Below, in pieces: positions 62,481 through 64,000 of a DNA stretch of 64,000 bases (the first letter of the stretch is position 1; each line of letters begins with the position of its first letter). A program made the translations under genes and the position numbers. Source of the stretch: Octopus sinensis (taxonomy: Eukaryota); the NCBI RefSeq assembly GCF_006345805.1, contig NC_042997.1, positions 21,018,001 through 21,082,000 on the forward strand, given 5' to 3'. The notes beneath the pieces are model-generated. The model was not told the origin of the DNA. It did no database searches and was given only the letters and a program-made list of their open reading frames with translations.

Positions 62481-63043
62481 AATCAAAATCAAATTTGATG
62501 ACTGGTATCCGTGGTAGCGGGGTGCAAAGAGCACCATACAAGTGTGATCGTTGACAGAACGGCTAACCGGCTTCTATGCCAGTGGCACATAAAAGGCACC
62601 ATTCAAGTGTGATTGTTACCATCGTCGCCTTACTGGCATTTGTGCCCCGTGCTAGTAGGGTGCTAGCATCCGAGCATAATCGTTGCCAGAGCGGCTAACT
62701 GGCTTCCATGCCAGTGGCACGTAAAAGACACCATTCGAGCGTGATCATTACCAGTGTTGCCTTACTGGCATCTGTACCAGTGGCATGTGTAAAAAGATTC
62801 AAGCAAGGTCATTGCCAGTACCACCTGACTGGCCCCCATGCCAGTGGCATGTAAAAAGGCACCCATTACACTCTCGGAGTGGTTGGCGTTAGGAAGGGCA
62901 TCCAGCTGTAGAAACTCTGCCAGATCAAGATTGGAAGCTGGTGCAGCCATCTGGTCCACCAGCCCTCAGTCAAATTGTCCAACTGATGCTAGCATGGAAA
63001 GCGGATGTTAAACGATGATGATGATGATGATGATGATGATGAT
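62481..63043 (+). mobile_element. Family C retroelement, long copy
   Basis: AATCAAAATCAAATTTGATGACTGG start, about 5 internal units, (GAT)n tail. Confidence 0.9.
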
Positions 63044-64000
63044 ATGTCACAGAAAGATATTTCACATTCCATGTACAGAACATAAAATTAATGGAAATAT
63101 TAGAGAAAGAGTTCTTGAGAAAACTGTGAACCACAAAACTCTTGTGTTAATAATAAAAATATAGAAAATTATATTGTTTGATCATGGAACATGTCATCAT
63201 AACACTATTGAACAATTCTCTGGAAAAGAATAAGAAAACCATGTAGAGTATGGTTGAGTATTATCAAGGAATGGACAAGATGTAAGATAGGGGAAAATTT
63301 AAAGGGAGCTGATGGAAGGAATTTGAGTGTCTTGATGTGTACTTATATCCTCCCTAGGTTAAGGATTTTAACTCATTAGTATTTTAATATAAGTGATTTA
63401 TATTTTATTAGAATATTGATACAAGTGGTAGAGATTGAAACTGTAGCTGCCTGTTTTAGTCAGTACACTTGAATTAATGGTGGAGTTCTACTGGTCACTC
63501 ATCCTCTGAGGAATAACAGCCAAATTTTCAGATAACACTTTCTTATCTGAAAAATGGAAAATATATTAGATAATATATTCCAAGGCATACAGTGCCTAAA
63601 AAAATTACAGAAAGGGTATTCCTGGAATGCCATCAACCTTAGAATTTTGGGGACTAAATACCATCAATTACATCAACTAGAAATAAAATCTATTATTACA
63701 ACTGTCACATCAAAGGCTAGATCACTAGATTTTGTAGTGAAGTATTTATGGTAATAACTCTTCTGATGATTCTCTGAATAAAATTAGGTCTCTCAAGTTA
63801 AACAATTGTTTTTTTCCCCTCAAACTATAAAGAAATCCTATAAGAAGTGTTGGACATCTCAAAGTGCTGCAAAGAAACTTGTTGAACTTTTATAGTTCTG
63901 TAGTTATGAGTTATCATATTGAAACGGTCTGGAAGAAATTCAAATGAACGATAAAATTGTTCAATAACAGGAGCTCTGAGTGATTTATTGCAACATTTGT

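Noticed and set aside
61900-63960. Possible decayed LINE RT (NYRP at ~62335, GLEI near 63930) interrupted by family C
   Set aside because: Too degenerate to support without a profile search.

Overview
AT-rich, microsatellite-dense animal genomic DNA. The repeat families and composition are most consistent with an Octopus (coleoid cephalopod) genome; this is inference, since no search was run. No host protein-coding exon could be supported, and nearly all ORFs in the track are artefacts of microsatellites, satellite DNA, SINEs or palindromes. The window contains dozens of copies of 4-5 short interspersed retroelement families, plus decayed LINEs (RTE, CR1-group, probably R4/Dong). DNA transposon remnants include a DD34D mariner with 3 frameshifts, an internally deleted DD37D maT element, a second mariner relic, hAT and Chapaev3-like fragments, several MITEs and a Helitron-like end. 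Two things stand out. (1) Five mutually unrelated Penelope-type short elements carry type I hammerhead ribozyme folds. Four of them are long palindromes with a ribozyme on each strand, and two families use the rare U3:A8 core pair (UUGACAA/UUGAAAA instead of CUGANGA). (2) A 2.65-kb GAAAATTTTC-based A-tract satellite has embedded 32-bp GC-richer modules and a ~760-bp internal inversion whose two breakpoints both sit on the palindrome TTTTCGAAAA. SINE and relic boundaries are approximate (tens of bp); palindrome, ribozyme, TIR and TSD coordinates were counted base by base.
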